NCBI GenBank assembly: GCA_965205505.1
Contig: CBDBHB010000008.1
Span: forward strand, 1,088,001 to 1,152,000
Length of the DNA: 64,000 bases
Source of the DNA: Acidobacteriota bacterium
Lineage (GTDB): Bacteria > Acidobacteriota > UBA890 > WLXD01
Reading direction: 5' to 3'
This document shows, in pieces, positions 9,599-19,503 of the stretch. Both the position numbers and the translations under genes were made by a program. Numbering within the stretch: position 1 is the first letter of the stretch; every line of letters begins with the position of its first letter. Below the pieces are notes generated by a model, which made no database searches, was not told where the DNA came from, and was given only the letters and a program-made list of their open reading frames with translations.

Positions 9599-9608
9599 GG
9601 AGCGGAAC

Positions 9609-10952
9609 ATGAGCGAATTCGACAAGATCAGCCGGCGTACCGTGCTGCGCGGCGTTCTGGGCGGGACAGGCGCCGTGGCGGTCGGGTTGCCAGTGCTCGA
9701 GTGCTTTCTGAACACGAACGGTACCGCCTACGCCGCCACTGGCTCATCGCTGCCACCCTGCTTCGGGACGTGGTTCTGGAGTCTCGGGCTGTCCCCCGGA
9801 CACTGGGAACCGACGGCCACGGGACCCGACTACGTCCTGCCGGACCACCTCGCCGCCCTGAATCCCATCAAGGAGAAGATGAACCTGTTCAGCGGCATGC
9901 AGGTGTTCCTCGACGGCAAGGCCAATCAGAACCACTATTCCGGCGCCCAGGGGCAAGCCACCGGCATCGTCTCCAAGAACGGCAGCGACTACACCACGAG
10001 CATCGACCACATCATCGGCGAGACGATCGGCAAGGGTACGAGGTTCCGATCGATCGAGATGGCGTGCGACGGCGACAGCCTCGCCGGCTGGAGCGCGCGC
10101 GGCTCCAACGGGATGAACCCCTCCGAGATATCGCCCCTGCAGCTGTACAGCCGTATCTTCGGCGACGGGTTCATTGATCCCAGCGCTGCCGAGTTCAAGC
10201 CCGATCCGGCCGTGATGGTGCGTCGAAGCGTGCTTTCTGCGGTTTCCGACGAGCGCAAGAGCCTGATGGCCACAGTTTCCGCGTCGGACCGGGCACGCCT
10301 CGACGAGTACTTCACGTCGCTGCGCGATCTCGAGCAGAAGCTGGCCTTCGAGCTCGAGCGGCCCGCCGATCTGCCCGCCTGTACGGTTCCGGTGGAAGCC
10401 ACGGACGACATCGGCCCGCTCGTGGGCCAGGTGGGGGAAACGCACCGACAGTTCGCGCAGCTGGCCGCGCACGCGCTGGCGTGCGGCCAGACGCGGGTCT
10501 TCAACCTGACGCTGGGCAACGCGTTTTCCCGGCTCCGCATCCCCGGAGATCCCAGTGGCTACCACTCGCTGACGCACGAGGAGCCGATCGATACCGACCA
10601 GGGGTATCAGCCCAAGTGCAAGTGGCTCGCGGAGCAGTGCATGGGCTTCTTTGCGGAGCTGGTGCAGACCTTGGACTCGATCCAGGAAGGAGACGGCACG
10701 CTGCTGGACCGAACCGTGGTCTTCGCGTTCACCGACCACGGCGAGGCGCGGATGCACTCGATGAAGCGTTACCCGATTCTGACCGCTGGCAGCGGCGGCG
10801 GCAGGATGAAGACGGGCCTCCACATGGCAGCCGAGGGCGACGCGGCCACCCGCGTCGGCTTGACCCTCCAGAAGGCGTTCGGTGTGGTGAGTGGGGCCTG
10901 GGGGACCGAGTCCAACGAGGTATCGAGCCCCTTCAGCGAGGTGCTGGCATGA
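9609..10952 (+). CDS. DUF1552 (HXXSHH-type) protein with Tat leader
   Basis: SRRTVLRG...GLPVLE leader, DRARLDEYFTSLRDLE, ALACGQTRV, YHSLTHE and EGDGTLLD. Confidence 0.87.
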   Translation: MSEFDKISRRTVLRGVLGGTGAVAVGLPVLECFLNTNGTAYAATGSSLPPCFGTWFWSLGLSPGHWEPTATGPDYVLPDHLAALNPIKEKMNLFSGMQVFLDGKANQNHYSGAQGQATGIVSKNGSDYTTSIDHIIGETIGKGTRFRSIEMACDGDSLAGWSARGSNGMNPSEISPLQLYSRIFGDGFIDPSAAEFKPDPAVMVRRSVLSAVSDERKSLMATVSASDRARLDEYFTSLRDLEQKLAFELERPADLPACTVPVEATDDIGPLVGQVGETHRQFAQLAAHALACGQTRVFNLTLGNAFSRLRIPGDPSGYHSLTHEEPIDTDQGYQPKCKWLAEQCMGFFAELVQTLDSIQEGDGTLLDRTVVFAFTDHGEARMHSMKRYPILTAGSGGGRMKTGLHMAAEGDAATRVGLTLQKAFGVVSGAWGTESNEVSSPFSEVLA

Positions 10953-12337
10953 GGCAGGGAGGTGCCAGGATGCGGAGTCGTTTGTCCCGCTCGGGCCGCT
11001 CCGCGGCCGTGCCGCTGGTCGCGGCTGCCGTTGTCGCCTCGCTTGCTGTCGGGCCGCCAAAGTCGCCACCGAGCGGCGACATCGTGGCGCCGCCGACCGT
11101 GCCGCCGGGCGTCACGCTCGTGGAGGTGATGCGCGAGCTGATGGCATCGTCGGATCAGGTGTTGTGGACGCGGCTCGGTGCCGCCGACGGGTGGACCCTG
11201 CTGTTCAGCGACGCTGATCCGCCGGGTGTTGCCACCTGTGTGGATGACTGTGCCCGGCAGTTCCCGCCGCTTCTGGCGCCTGACGGAGCGGAGTCTCACG
11301 GGGACTGGTCGCTGGTGCGCCGGCCCGACGACGGCACGCAATGGGCGTATCAGTCGCGCCCGCTCTACACGTGGTCGGAGGAACAGGAGCCGGGGGAGGT
11401 CGCCACCAACGTCGGGTTGGCCGAGACGACGGGGTCAAAGGTGGCCGAATACCTGGTTCCGGCCGGCTCGCTGATGCCCCCCGAGGGGTGGCACGTAGCT
11501 CGGTTCGACCCGGGCGCGTCGATCTCCGTACCTGATGGTATCGAGGTGAGGTTGGTTGCCTCAGCCCAGGCAGTCGTTCTGACCGATTTCGATGGCCGTA
11601 CGCTCTATGCCTTCGACGGCGATGCCGCCGACGATGGTCAAACGTGCACCGATCATGGCTGCGACATTCAGTGGCTTCCCGTGGCCGCGGCCCAGCTCGC
11701 CATGGCTTTCGGCGAGTTCTCCGTGGTGACCCGTGGCGATGGGTCTCGGCAGTGGGCCTACAGGCATCAGCCTTTGTATCGGTACGCCGGCGACCCGCTT
11801 CCGGGAGATGTCCATGGAGACAACGCCGATCCCCGGTGGCAAGTCACCGTGTTGACGCGGAACTTCCGGCCGCCGCAGGTGGCGGTCACCTCGCTGGCGG
11901 GCTACGGCGACGTTCTCTCGATCAACGGCATGACCCTCTACATGGGCACGGCTTTCGAGAAGTACTGGGGGGGACGAAGCATGCGCGACAGCTTCAAGGT
12001 CCTTTACTCCAGGGGGAAGCTATTAGGCGGCGGTGCCTGTGTGGGTGACGAATGCCTCGAGACCTGGCGTCCGGTCGCTGCCGCTGCGGACGCTGAATCG
12101 AACGGGTTCTGGGAGGTGATCACGCGTCGTGACGGAACCCGACAGTGGGCGTACAGGGGCTTCGCCCTCTACACTTTCGCCGGTGATGAGGCTCCCGGGC
12201 AGCACCGGGGGCAGGCCACATATACCTTCGTCAAGCTGGACGGGTCGCCCGAAAACCTCGAGCGAGCCACCTGGTTGGCCCATATCGGCAGCATGTCGGG
12301 CGGAGCGGGAGTGTACTGGAACATTGCCAAGCCGTGA
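10949..12337 (+). CDS. Secreted repeat protein with Y-X4-D motifs (COG4315/Lipoprotein_15-like), three modules
   Basis: ATGA overlap with the upstream stop. Three units of C-x3/4-C...[WF]xP...RxDGxxQWAYxxxxLY. Confidence 0.82.
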   Translation: MRQGGARMRSRLSRSGRSAAVPLVAAAVVASLAVGPPKSPPSGDIVAPPTVPPGVTLVEVMRELMASSDQVLWTRLGAADGWTLLFSDADPPGVATCVDDCARQFPPLLAPDGAESHGDWSLVRRPDDGTQWAYQSRPLYTWSEEQEPGEVATNVGLAETTGSKVAEYLVPAGSLMPPEGWHVARFDPGASISVPDGIEVRLVASAQAVVLTDFDGRTLYAFDGDAADDGQTCTDHGCDIQWLPVAAAQLAMAFGEFSVVTRGDGSRQWAYRHQPLYRYAGDPLPGDVHGDNADPRWQVTVLTRNFRPPQVAVTSLAGYGDVLSINGMTLYMGTAFEKYWGGRSMRDSFKVLYSRGKLLGGGACVGDECLETWRPVAAAADAESNGFWEVITRRDGTRQWAYRGFALYTFAGDEAPGQHRGQATYTFVKLDGSPENLERATWLAHIGSMSGGAGVYWNIAKP

Positions 12338-12362
12338 TCTGAAAACGAATCAAGGAGGTAGC

Positions 12363-12728
12363 ATGCGGCGCGTCCTGGTCGTCTTGATAGCTGTTGTCCT
12401 CGTGAACACGGTACCGGCTCTCGCCAGCGAGGTTACCGTCACCGGTGAGCTCGTCGACCACGTGTGCTTCTCCAGGAGCGGCGCAGACGGCGGTGCGGGC
12501 CCCGACCACGCCGCCTGCGCGCAATCGTGCGCAAGCAACGGGCAGCCCGTGGCGCTCGTGACCGACAGCGGCGATGTCTACAGGCTGGCGGGCACCGTCA
12601 CCGACAACAACAACGCCGCCCTGGTGCCGCACATGAGCCACACGGTCGAGGTGACCGGCGAGTTGGGCGAGGTGGACGGGATTCCGACCATCACGGCCGA
12701 TGCCGTCACGCACGTCTCCGCTGGCTGA
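12363..12728 (+). CDS. Small exported protein with Cys/His cluster
   Basis: AAGGAGG RBS, signal peptide ending ALA, VTGELVDHVC...HAACAQSC...GQP. Confidence 0.78.
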   Translation: MRRVLVVLIAVVLVNTVPALASEVTVTGELVDHVCFSRSGADGGAGPDHAACAQSCASNGQPVALVTDSGDVYRLAGTVTDNNNAALVPHMSHTVEVTGELGEVDGIPTITADAVTHVSAG

Positions 12729-12732
12729 GCGC

Positions 12733-13179
12733 ATGCAAGTGAGGACGTTCGCGATCGCGGCGGTGCTGACCCTTGCAGTGGCCGCGCCGGTGTCGGCGCA
12801 GATCATGGAGATGAACGGGACCTGGGAGATGATTCCCGACAAGTGCCTCGGCTCCTGGCCCGACCAGGAGACGCTGGTGTTCAAGAGCGTCGAAGGCATC
12901 CAACGCTACACTGCAACGTGGATCGACAACGGCGAGAGCGGAGGCCGCGAGTACGAGATTCAGTACGACGGGCACGACCACGCGGCCAGCAGCGTCCTGG
13001 CCGACACCGTCTCGGTCCGTCGTCTCGGCGAAAAGTCGGAGTTCGTGATGAACAAGCGCGACGGGCAGATCGCCGAGACCTACACGCGCGTGCTGGTCGA
13101 CGACGACCGCACCCTGATCTCGGTCGGTCGCAGTGCGACCGGGGAAGTTCGTTGGGTGCGGGTCTTCGAGAAACAGTGA
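12733..13179 (+). CDS. Small exported beta-rich hypothetical protein
   Basis: Signal peptide ending VSA, GTW motif, C-terminal VFEKQ. Starts 4 bp after the previous stop. Confidence 0.72.
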   Translation: MQVRTFAIAAVLTLAVAAPVSAQIMEMNGTWEMIPDKCLGSWPDQETLVFKSVEGIQRYTATWIDNGESGGREYEIQYDGHDHAASSVLADTVSVRRLGEKSEFVMNKRDGQIAETYTRVLVDDDRTLISVGRSATGEVRWVRVFEKQ

Positions 13180-13410
13180 GTCGGTCGGTCGCCGCATCGA
13201 GATGACGAGACGGTTGGACCGGACCGACCCCGCAATCGGAGTCCAGCACACGGGCCCCACGGGATTCGACCCGTGCCGACGGGGATCGGCGTACGCCCGG
13301 GCACGTACGTTGCTGGGACCCAAGTAGAAAGTGAGTGGGCGGCGCTGATGTCAGCAGCCGCCCCATCCCGCCAAGCTGGCCGGATCCCCTTTGTTCATGG
13401 GCCTTACCTA

Positions 13411-13465
13411 GGTAGCGGGGGCAGGATTTGAACCTGCGACCTTCGGGTTATGAGCCCGACGAGCT
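13411..13465 (-). tRNA. 3' fragment of initiator tRNA-Met(CAT); probable att remnant
   Basis: Reverse complement AGCTCGTCGGGCT-CAT-AACCCGAAGGTCGCAGGTTCAAATCCTGCCCCCGCTACC with the GGG/CCC initiator anticodon stem. The expected CGCGGGG...GAGCAG 5' end is absent. Confidence 0.85.
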
Positions 13466-13616
13466 TGCCGGAACTCACTCGGAGGCCATCTTGGCTGGCC
13501 ACGCCCCATTCCCGAAGCACCACTTTTTTCGACTCGGACTTCGATATGGTCTTAGGGTATTTCGCAACGTTGCCACTGTGACCAGCACTCTCATGGGCGA
13601 ATGGAGTCTGAGCTCG

Positions 13617-14618
13617 ATGATCACCACCACACAAACCCACGTCTGCCTGATTCTGATCCTTGGTCTGGGGATCTTCGGTTGTGCGCGAACCACCGCCCGG
13701 GTGAGCCTCGACCCGATCGACGCCGAGACGCCTCGCAACCTGACCCGCCACCGCGCCGAGGACCGTACACCCACCTGGTCGACGCTGGGGCAGATGCTGC
13801 TCTTCGAGTCGGACCGCGCCGGCAATCGCGACATCTGGTCGATGGTTCCGGACGGCTCCTCCGCCCTGGCAATGACCGATAACGCCGGCGACGACATGTA
13901 CCCGGCCTGGTCGCCCGGCGGTGGGCGGTTCGTGTTCCAGAGCGCGCGGGGCGGTGTTGCCGGTCTATGGGTCATGGAGATCGGCACGCAGCGGGTGACG
14001 CTGTTGCTCGAGGACGACAGCCCGGAGCTGACACCCGACTGGTCGCCGGATCTGCGGTGGATCGCCTTCACGTCGGAGCGCTCCGGCAACCCCGACCTTT
14101 GGGTGGTCGCGGCTCCGCCGCCGGGGTCGAGCACCGGCTCCGCGCCGCCGCCGCGACAGCTCACCGATAACTCCTACCGCGATGTTTGGCCGCGCTGGTC
14201 GCCCGACGGCGCCTCCATCCTCTTCTTCTCGCGTCGCGACACCGCCGGGGAGCGCGACGAGCTCTACCTCATGCGCTGGAGCGACGGGTCGGTGCGGCGA
14301 TTGACGGTCAACCCGTCACACCACGACTTCGGGCCCTCCTGGTCACCGGACGGAGAGCACATCGTCGCCGCCGTGTCGGACTCCGTAAGCGACCGCGCCC
14401 TGGTGATCTACGACCTCGGTGGCAACCCCGTGCACCGATTCGCCGAAGGCTATCACCGAGTGTTCCAGCCGGTCTGGTCACCCGATGGCCACTCGATCGC
14501 CTACGCCGGGCGAGTGCGAGATGGGGTGGGCGCGGAGATCTTTGTCACGATGGTTCCTGAGCTGTCGATCGCCGCTCACGGGGAGATACAAAGCCCTGAT
14601 GCGGAGCTACCCCGGTAA
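13617..14618 (+). CDS. TolB-like PD40 beta-propeller, probable lipoprotein
   Basis: Lipobox-like IFGC and repeated PxWSPDG motifs. The ORF-track start at 13428 lies inside the tRNA fragment. Confidence 0.82.
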   Translation: MITTTQTHVCLILILGLGIFGCARTTARVSLDPIDAETPRNLTRHRAEDRTPTWSTLGQMLLFESDRAGNRDIWSMVPDGSSALAMTDNAGDDMYPAWSPGGGRFVFQSARGGVAGLWVMEIGTQRVTLLLEDDSPELTPDWSPDLRWIAFTSERSGNPDLWVVAAPPPGSSTGSAPPPRQLTDNSYRDVWPRWSPDGASILFFSRRDTAGERDELYLMRWSDGSVRRLTVNPSHHDFGPSWSPDGEHIVAAVSDSVSDRALVIYDLGGNPVHRFAEGYHRVFQPVWSPDGHSIAYAGRVRDGVGAEIFVTMVPELSIAAHGEIQSPDAELPR

Positions 14619-14705
14619 GAAAACGGGGCATTGCAACCGGCGGGAGCCACACAACCGGCGGGAACCTCTCGGGAATGATCATCGGTTCTGTTTCGTGCGA
14701 TGCTG

Positions 14706-14767
14706 ACCGAAAAATATTTCTGTCGGTCTTGACATCTGCCGATCTACCGACAAGAATACTTTTCGGT
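14706..14767 (+). promoter_or_regulatory. Sigma70-type promoter flanked by two palindromic operators
   Basis: TTGACA at 14729-14734 and AAGAAT 17 bp later. ACCGA-N12-TCGGT at 14706-14727 and 14746-14767 match 19/22 when one is inverted. Confidence 0.7.
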
Positions 14768-14833
14768 ATCTACTCGCGCCCTTTTTCACCTACCCGAGGG
14801 CACCAGCCAAGCCCTCCAGTGAGGAACCCGCCG

Positions 14834-15682
14834 ATGACAGAGCAAGTCAACGCCCGCCGCTTCGAGGTCGCATTGGAGGTCGCAGCTTCACGCGAAGATG
14901 TCTGGCACTCCATCGCCACCGGCGACGGGCTGGCCAACTGGTTCCCGGCCAGCGCTGAAGTCGTGCCCGGCGTCGGTGGCCGCATCGTGTGGGACTGGGG
15001 CGACGCCTACCGATGGCCCTTGACCATCGACGCCTGGGAGACGGGCGAGCGGCTCATGGCGCGCTACGAATCGCGTGTCGAGGACGAGGACGGCGGCAAG
15101 GTGCCGCTGTTCGTCGAGTTCCTCCTCGAAGGTGAGGGTGGCCATACCCGGTTGCGACTGGTCCACTCCGGATTCGGCCCCGGCACCAACTTCGACGAGG
15201 AATACGACGGTATCAGCCAAGGGTGGCCGGTCGAGCTACAGAGCCTGAAGGTGTACCTGGAGCATCACCGAGGTACCCATCGACAGCTCGCCTGGGCCCG
15301 GACGTCGACACCATTGGCACCCGACGCCGCCATGCACCGTCTGCTTGGCGACGACGGAATCCGACTTCGTCCGGCAATCAACGAGCTGGAGCAAGGCGCG
15401 CCCTTTGTGGCACAGCTCGGGCCCGACGCGCCGCTGGAATGCACCGTCGCGAGCTCGCCAACCGCCATCGGTCTCTGCGGCACGTCCCGCGCACTCGACC
15501 ACGCCTTCTTCCATGCGCACACCTACCATCATCCTCAGCAAGACACCACCCACGTCTGGCTCTGGCTAGCTCAGTACAACGCCCCGGCGGAGCGCGTCGG
15601 GCGCTATCAGACAGCGATGGACGCGACACTCCGTAGGGCGTTCGCCTCCTCGACATCGATGACGACCGGAGCCGTGGCGTGA
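14834..15682 (+). CDS. SRPBCC/AHSA1-like domain protein
   Basis: VWHSIATGDGLANWF, TRLRLVHSGF and GWPVELQSLKVYLE. Confidence 0.82.
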   Translation: MTEQVNARRFEVALEVAASREDVWHSIATGDGLANWFPASAEVVPGVGGRIVWDWGDAYRWPLTIDAWETGERLMARYESRVEDEDGGKVPLFVEFLLEGEGGHTRLRLVHSGFGPGTNFDEEYDGISQGWPVELQSLKVYLEHHRGTHRQLAWARTSTPLAPDAAMHRLLGDDGIRLRPAINELEQGAPFVAQLGPDAPLECTVASSPTAIGLCGTSRALDHAFFHAHTYHHPQQDTTHVWLWLAQYNAPAERVGRYQTAMDATLRRAFASSTSMTTGAVA

Positions 15683-16317
15683 CGGAGGCCTTGTCGGCTG
15701 GTGATCGCATCGATGTGATCGGCGAGACGAAACGTGCCCAGGTGCTCTTGCACCCCATCCGGTTGGCGATTCTGGAGGCGCTCGAGGCGCCCGGCTCCGC
15801 CAGCAAGCTAGCGGGGCGTCTCGACGCTTCTCGTCAACGGCTCAACTATCACCTACGCGAGCTCGAGGCGGCTGGACTGGTGCGTCTGACCGAGGAACGG
15901 CGGCGCGGCAGCGTCTGCGAGCGTATCTATCGCCGCGCCGGCGACACCTACGCGATCTCGGCCGCAGCCCTCGGCAACCTGGGTACCAGTCCGGAGCGGG
16001 TCGCAGATCATCGGTCATCGGCCTACCAGATCGCCGTGGCCAGTCAGGCGATCGCCGACATCGCGAAGCTGCTAGAGGGTGCCGAAGTCGCCGGTAAGCG
16101 CCTCCCTACCCTAACGCTAGATGGCGAGGTTGCCTTCGCGTCCCCAGAGTCACGCCAGAGGTTTGCCGAAGAGCTCACCGAGACGGTCGCCGAACTCGTG
16201 CGGAAGTACCATGCCGAGGGGCCCGAGGATCGTGTCTACAAGCTATACGTCGGCGCGTACCCGAAGCCCAAGCCGACACCGGAGACCAAGGCCGCCCCGA
16301 ACTGCGATAGCCCTTGA
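15679..16317 (+). CDS. ArsR-like winged-helix transcriptional regulator
   Basis: LLHPIRLAILEAL...SRQRLNYHLRELEAAGLV. GTGA overlap with the upstream gene. Confidence 0.85.
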   Translation: MTEALSAGDRIDVIGETKRAQVLLHPIRLAILEALEAPGSASKLAGRLDASRQRLNYHLRELEAAGLVRLTEERRRGSVCERIYRRAGDTYAISAAALGNLGTSPERVADHRSSAYQIAVASQAIADIAKLLEGAEVAGKRLPTLTLDGEVAFASPESRQRFAEELTETVAELVRKYHAEGPEDRVYKLYVGAYPKPKPTPETKAAPNCDSP

Positions 16318-16349
16318 CCAACGCTACCCACCAAACCGAGAACACGAAC

Positions 16350-16773
16350 ATGGCTGACATCTTTCATGACTTCAGGATCCAGGCATCGCCCGAGCGTGTT
16401 TTCGAGGCCATCAGCACCCCGGCCGGACTCGATCAGTGGTGGACGAAAACCTTCGCCGGCGAGGCCCGCCTGGGCGCCGAGTACGAGCTCGGTTTCGGGC
16501 CAGGATACGGCTGGCGCGCCAAGGTAACCCGCTGTGAGCCCGGCTCCGAGCTCGAGCTCGAGATGGTCGACGCGCATGGAAGACTGGCTCGGCACGCGTG
16601 TCGGTTTCGCGCTCACCGCCGAAGGCGATGCCACCACCGTGCGCTTCCACCACACGGGATGGCCGCAAGCGAATGCCCACTATCGGCACTCCAGCTACTG
16701 CTGGGCCATGTACGTACGGATCATGGGGCGTGTCCTCGAGCACGGCGAGAGCGTTCCCTACGAGGAGCGTTAG
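16350..16773 (+). pseudogene. SRPBCC domain protein split by a frameshift near 16575
   Basis: MADIFHDF...GLDQWWT in one frame continues as EDWLGTRVGFAL...FHHTGW...SYCWAMY in another. Confidence 0.78.
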
Positions 16774-18298
16774 TCGCCGGCGGTGGCGCGCGCCGTGTAG
16801 ATCCGACCGAAGCGATCGACGGCCTCGACCATGACGTCGCGGGCGGTGTCGGACACCGGCGCGTAGAACAAGTGCCCCGTCGGCCTCGGCTCCACCCACG
16901 GCTGGCGGGGCGGTAGCCCCTCGCCGGCGTGCAGCTTGACGCTCATCGGGTCGGGGCCGATGCGTCGCGCCATCTCGCCGCGCCGCACTCCATCCTCGTA
17001 CAACAGGACGGTCCACTGCGGATCCCAGTCCCAGACGTTGGCGACGATCTCGTCGGGCGCCGCAGGGTCGGTGCCGCGTGGGTACACGCGCATCTGGTGG
17101 TCGAACCCCCTCCCGGTCGACTTGTATCGCCAGGTAACTTCCTCGCCGGCGATCTCGTAGACCGAGTACCCCGCGGTGTGCCGTCCCAGCAGATCGGTCC
17201 GCTCCACCAGGCACCGCACACGGTGCCGCTGACATGCTCGTGGGTCCCCTGCTCGAACACGTGCTCGTTCTCGTGCGTATGCCCGGTGAGGATGTGTGCG
17301 ACATACGGCTCGAGCAGCCGATAGAGCTCGTCGCGGTTGGTGATCGCCCCTGACAGGGTCGGGCTCGACTGTCCGCTGCGAACGTGGACGCTCCCCAGCG
17401 CCGGGACGTGCGTCGCCACGATCACCGTACGACCGGGCGCAACCAGGGCCAGATCGTTGCGCAGCCAGGTCAGCGCCTCCTCGGTCAGATAGGCGATATA
17501 TCCCTCGCCGTGCCAGAACACGTCGTCGAGGACGGCGTAGTGGACGGCTCCACGATCGAAGGAGTAACGGCTGGGGCCGAAGTGCCCGCGGAAGGTTACC
17601 GTGGAGGCCGCGTCGGTACCGGCCTGGTCGACATCATGATTGCCGACGACCTGGAAGAACGGAACACCCATGAGCGACACGGCGCGCTCGTACTCAGGAT
17701 AAAGCGCCAGGTTGTCGTACATGATGTCGCCATCGGCGATGCCGACGACCTCGCGATCGCCGAGGCCCCGCAGGGTGAGCTGCACGTCGGGGATCGTCTG
17801 CGTGTGAAACCACCGCATCTCCTCAGGGGTTTTCGTCTGGGGGTCAGCAAACAGCAGCAGCGCGTGCTCCTCGTCGGAGACACCGAGCCTCTGAAGCTCG
17901 AACACCGTCTGCTGTGTCGAACGTTGCGGATCGATGGCGGCATAGTGGCGCGCCGTGCCCGTCGGATTGGTCGGGACCCGAAATCCCGCCGGCGTGGTGA
18001 TGTGCACGAACTCCCGATCCGAGGAGGTCACCAGCTCGAATGTTCCGTCGGAGCCAGTCGCGACCACCTGCAACCCGTCGCTCACGCCGACTCCGGAGAT
18101 TCCGCCGTCGACGGTCCGTACCTGACCGCGGACTCGGATCGGTAACCCCGTCACCGGCGCCGCTTGCAACGGCGCGAACGGATCGGCGATCAGCCGTTCG
18201 GCGAGCAGCGATCCAGCGAAGGCACCGAAGCCATAACGCAGAAACCGGCGTCGGTTGAGAACGGAGTTGGCAACAGACGTCGAGTACTGATTGCCCAT
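16770..18298 (-). pseudogene. Tat-signal calcineurin-like metallophosphoesterase, frameshifted near 17170
   Basis: NRRRFLR leader, ADPQ, GD, GNHD, GHTH, CGAWW and DGTPRG. The C-terminal GYSVYE...ANVWDWD domain is in another frame. Confidence 0.82.
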
Positions 18299-18558
18299 CG
18301 TTCCCCTCGATCCGTAGCTTGGCAAAGACCGGCAGTTCACTACGAGCCCGCTGCCGTCAAATCTCTGGAGCGGTTTGATGCTATCGGGACTGCAAGCAAC
18401 CCACCAGGATTTTCACGAGCAATCGAATTATGCTGACATGGTTGGCAGTGACCTCGGTCAACTGGTCATCCGGTCGAGAAGAAAGCGACGGCTAGCGCCC
18501 AGAACCTCTGCACCGAGGCCCGATTCTCACACCGAGAGCCCGGTGCTCGTCTCTGGAA

Positions 18559-18591
18559 GGGAACCCTTCCCCGCGTTGGAGAAGGGTTCCC
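18559..18591. terminator. Stem-loop downstream of the GST gene
   Basis: GGGAACCCTTC / GAAGGGTTCCC perfect 11 bp stem. No clear U tract. Confidence 0.45.
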
Positions 18592-18663
18592 GACTCAGCA
18601 GCCCGGGCCGCGCGGCATGCAGGCATCGGCGATCATGCGCGCGGCGAGCACCCTACCGTGTCT

Positions 18664-19335
18664 TCAGGCCATCGACATCGTGCGCTGACCCATGGCCGCG
18701 TCGTAGGCCATCAACTTCCGAAGCCACGCACGGGTCTGCGGGCGATCGTCGCCGAGCTTCAGGTTGTCGTGAAAGAACTGCGCGATGGGATGCTGCGCCG
18801 CCATCTCGGCGGTCATGTCCGCCAGGTACAACGGCGCGGCACAGACGATATCGGCGGCGGTGAGGCCATCGCCCACCAGGAACTTGTCGGCGCCCACCTT
18901 CTGCTCGAGGTCGGCCGTGCACTCGGAGAGCATCTGGTTGGCCTGGGCGAGCGCGTCAGGGTCGGCCTCGGGCGAGAACGCCTGACCGAAGACCATGCCG
19001 ATCGCCGGGCCGATCTGCGTGCTGGCAAAACCCTCCCACGTCTCGATCTCGCCGAAGGTAGTGTAGTCGTCGGTGAAGATCGATGGCGTGTCGTGGAAGT
19101 TCGCCTCGATGTAGCGCAGGATCGCGCCCGAATCGAAGATCACGGTCTCGCCGTGCTGCAGAATCGGAAAGCGCGGCTGCCGCGACAAGCTCACTGCCGT
19201 GGCGCGGTCGCCGGGATAGTTGTCCAGCTCCACGGGTACGCGATCGTACTCGAGCCCCTTGTAGCCGAGGGCGATACGGATCTTGACACTGTTGGGGGAG
19301 CCGGTGAGCTCATGCAGCGTGAGCGTAGCGCTCAT
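18664..19335 (-). CDS. Glutathione S-transferase family protein
   Basis: SPNSVKIRIAL, FPIL, DSGAILRYI and FLVGDGLTAADI. GGAGG RBS. Confidence 0.88.
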   Translation of the reverse strand: MSATLTLHELTGSPNSVKIRIALGYKGLEYDRVPVELDNYPGDRATAVSLSRQPRFPILQHGETVIFDSGAILRYIEANFHDTPSIFTDDYTTFGEIETWEGFASTQIGPAIGMVFGQAFSPEADPDALAQANQMLSECTADLEQKVGADKFLVGDGLTAADIVCAAPLYLADMTAEMAAQHPIAQFFHDNLKLGDDRPQTRAWLRKLMAYDAAMGQRTMSMA

Positions 19336-19503
19336 GGATTCCTCCATCGTGTTTGGGGTGGCCGTTTCGTTCGAGTCGCTTCTGCACGACCCGCTTCTAC
19401 CCTATGACGTTTGATCGGCGTCGTTTCGGACCGTGCCAGGGTTTTTGTTCAACCCTTCACACACCCGGAAGATATCTGTTCTCCCCGGAAGTCGCTTGAA
19501 TCA

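Noticed and set aside
13404-13751. ORF ending LVGLITRRSQVQILPPL
   Set aside because: This peptide is just the translation of the tRNA-Met fragment.
14634-14670. CAACCGGCGGGA.CC twice as a possible CRISPR repeat
   Set aside because: Only two adjacent 18 bp units, no spacers and no cas genes.
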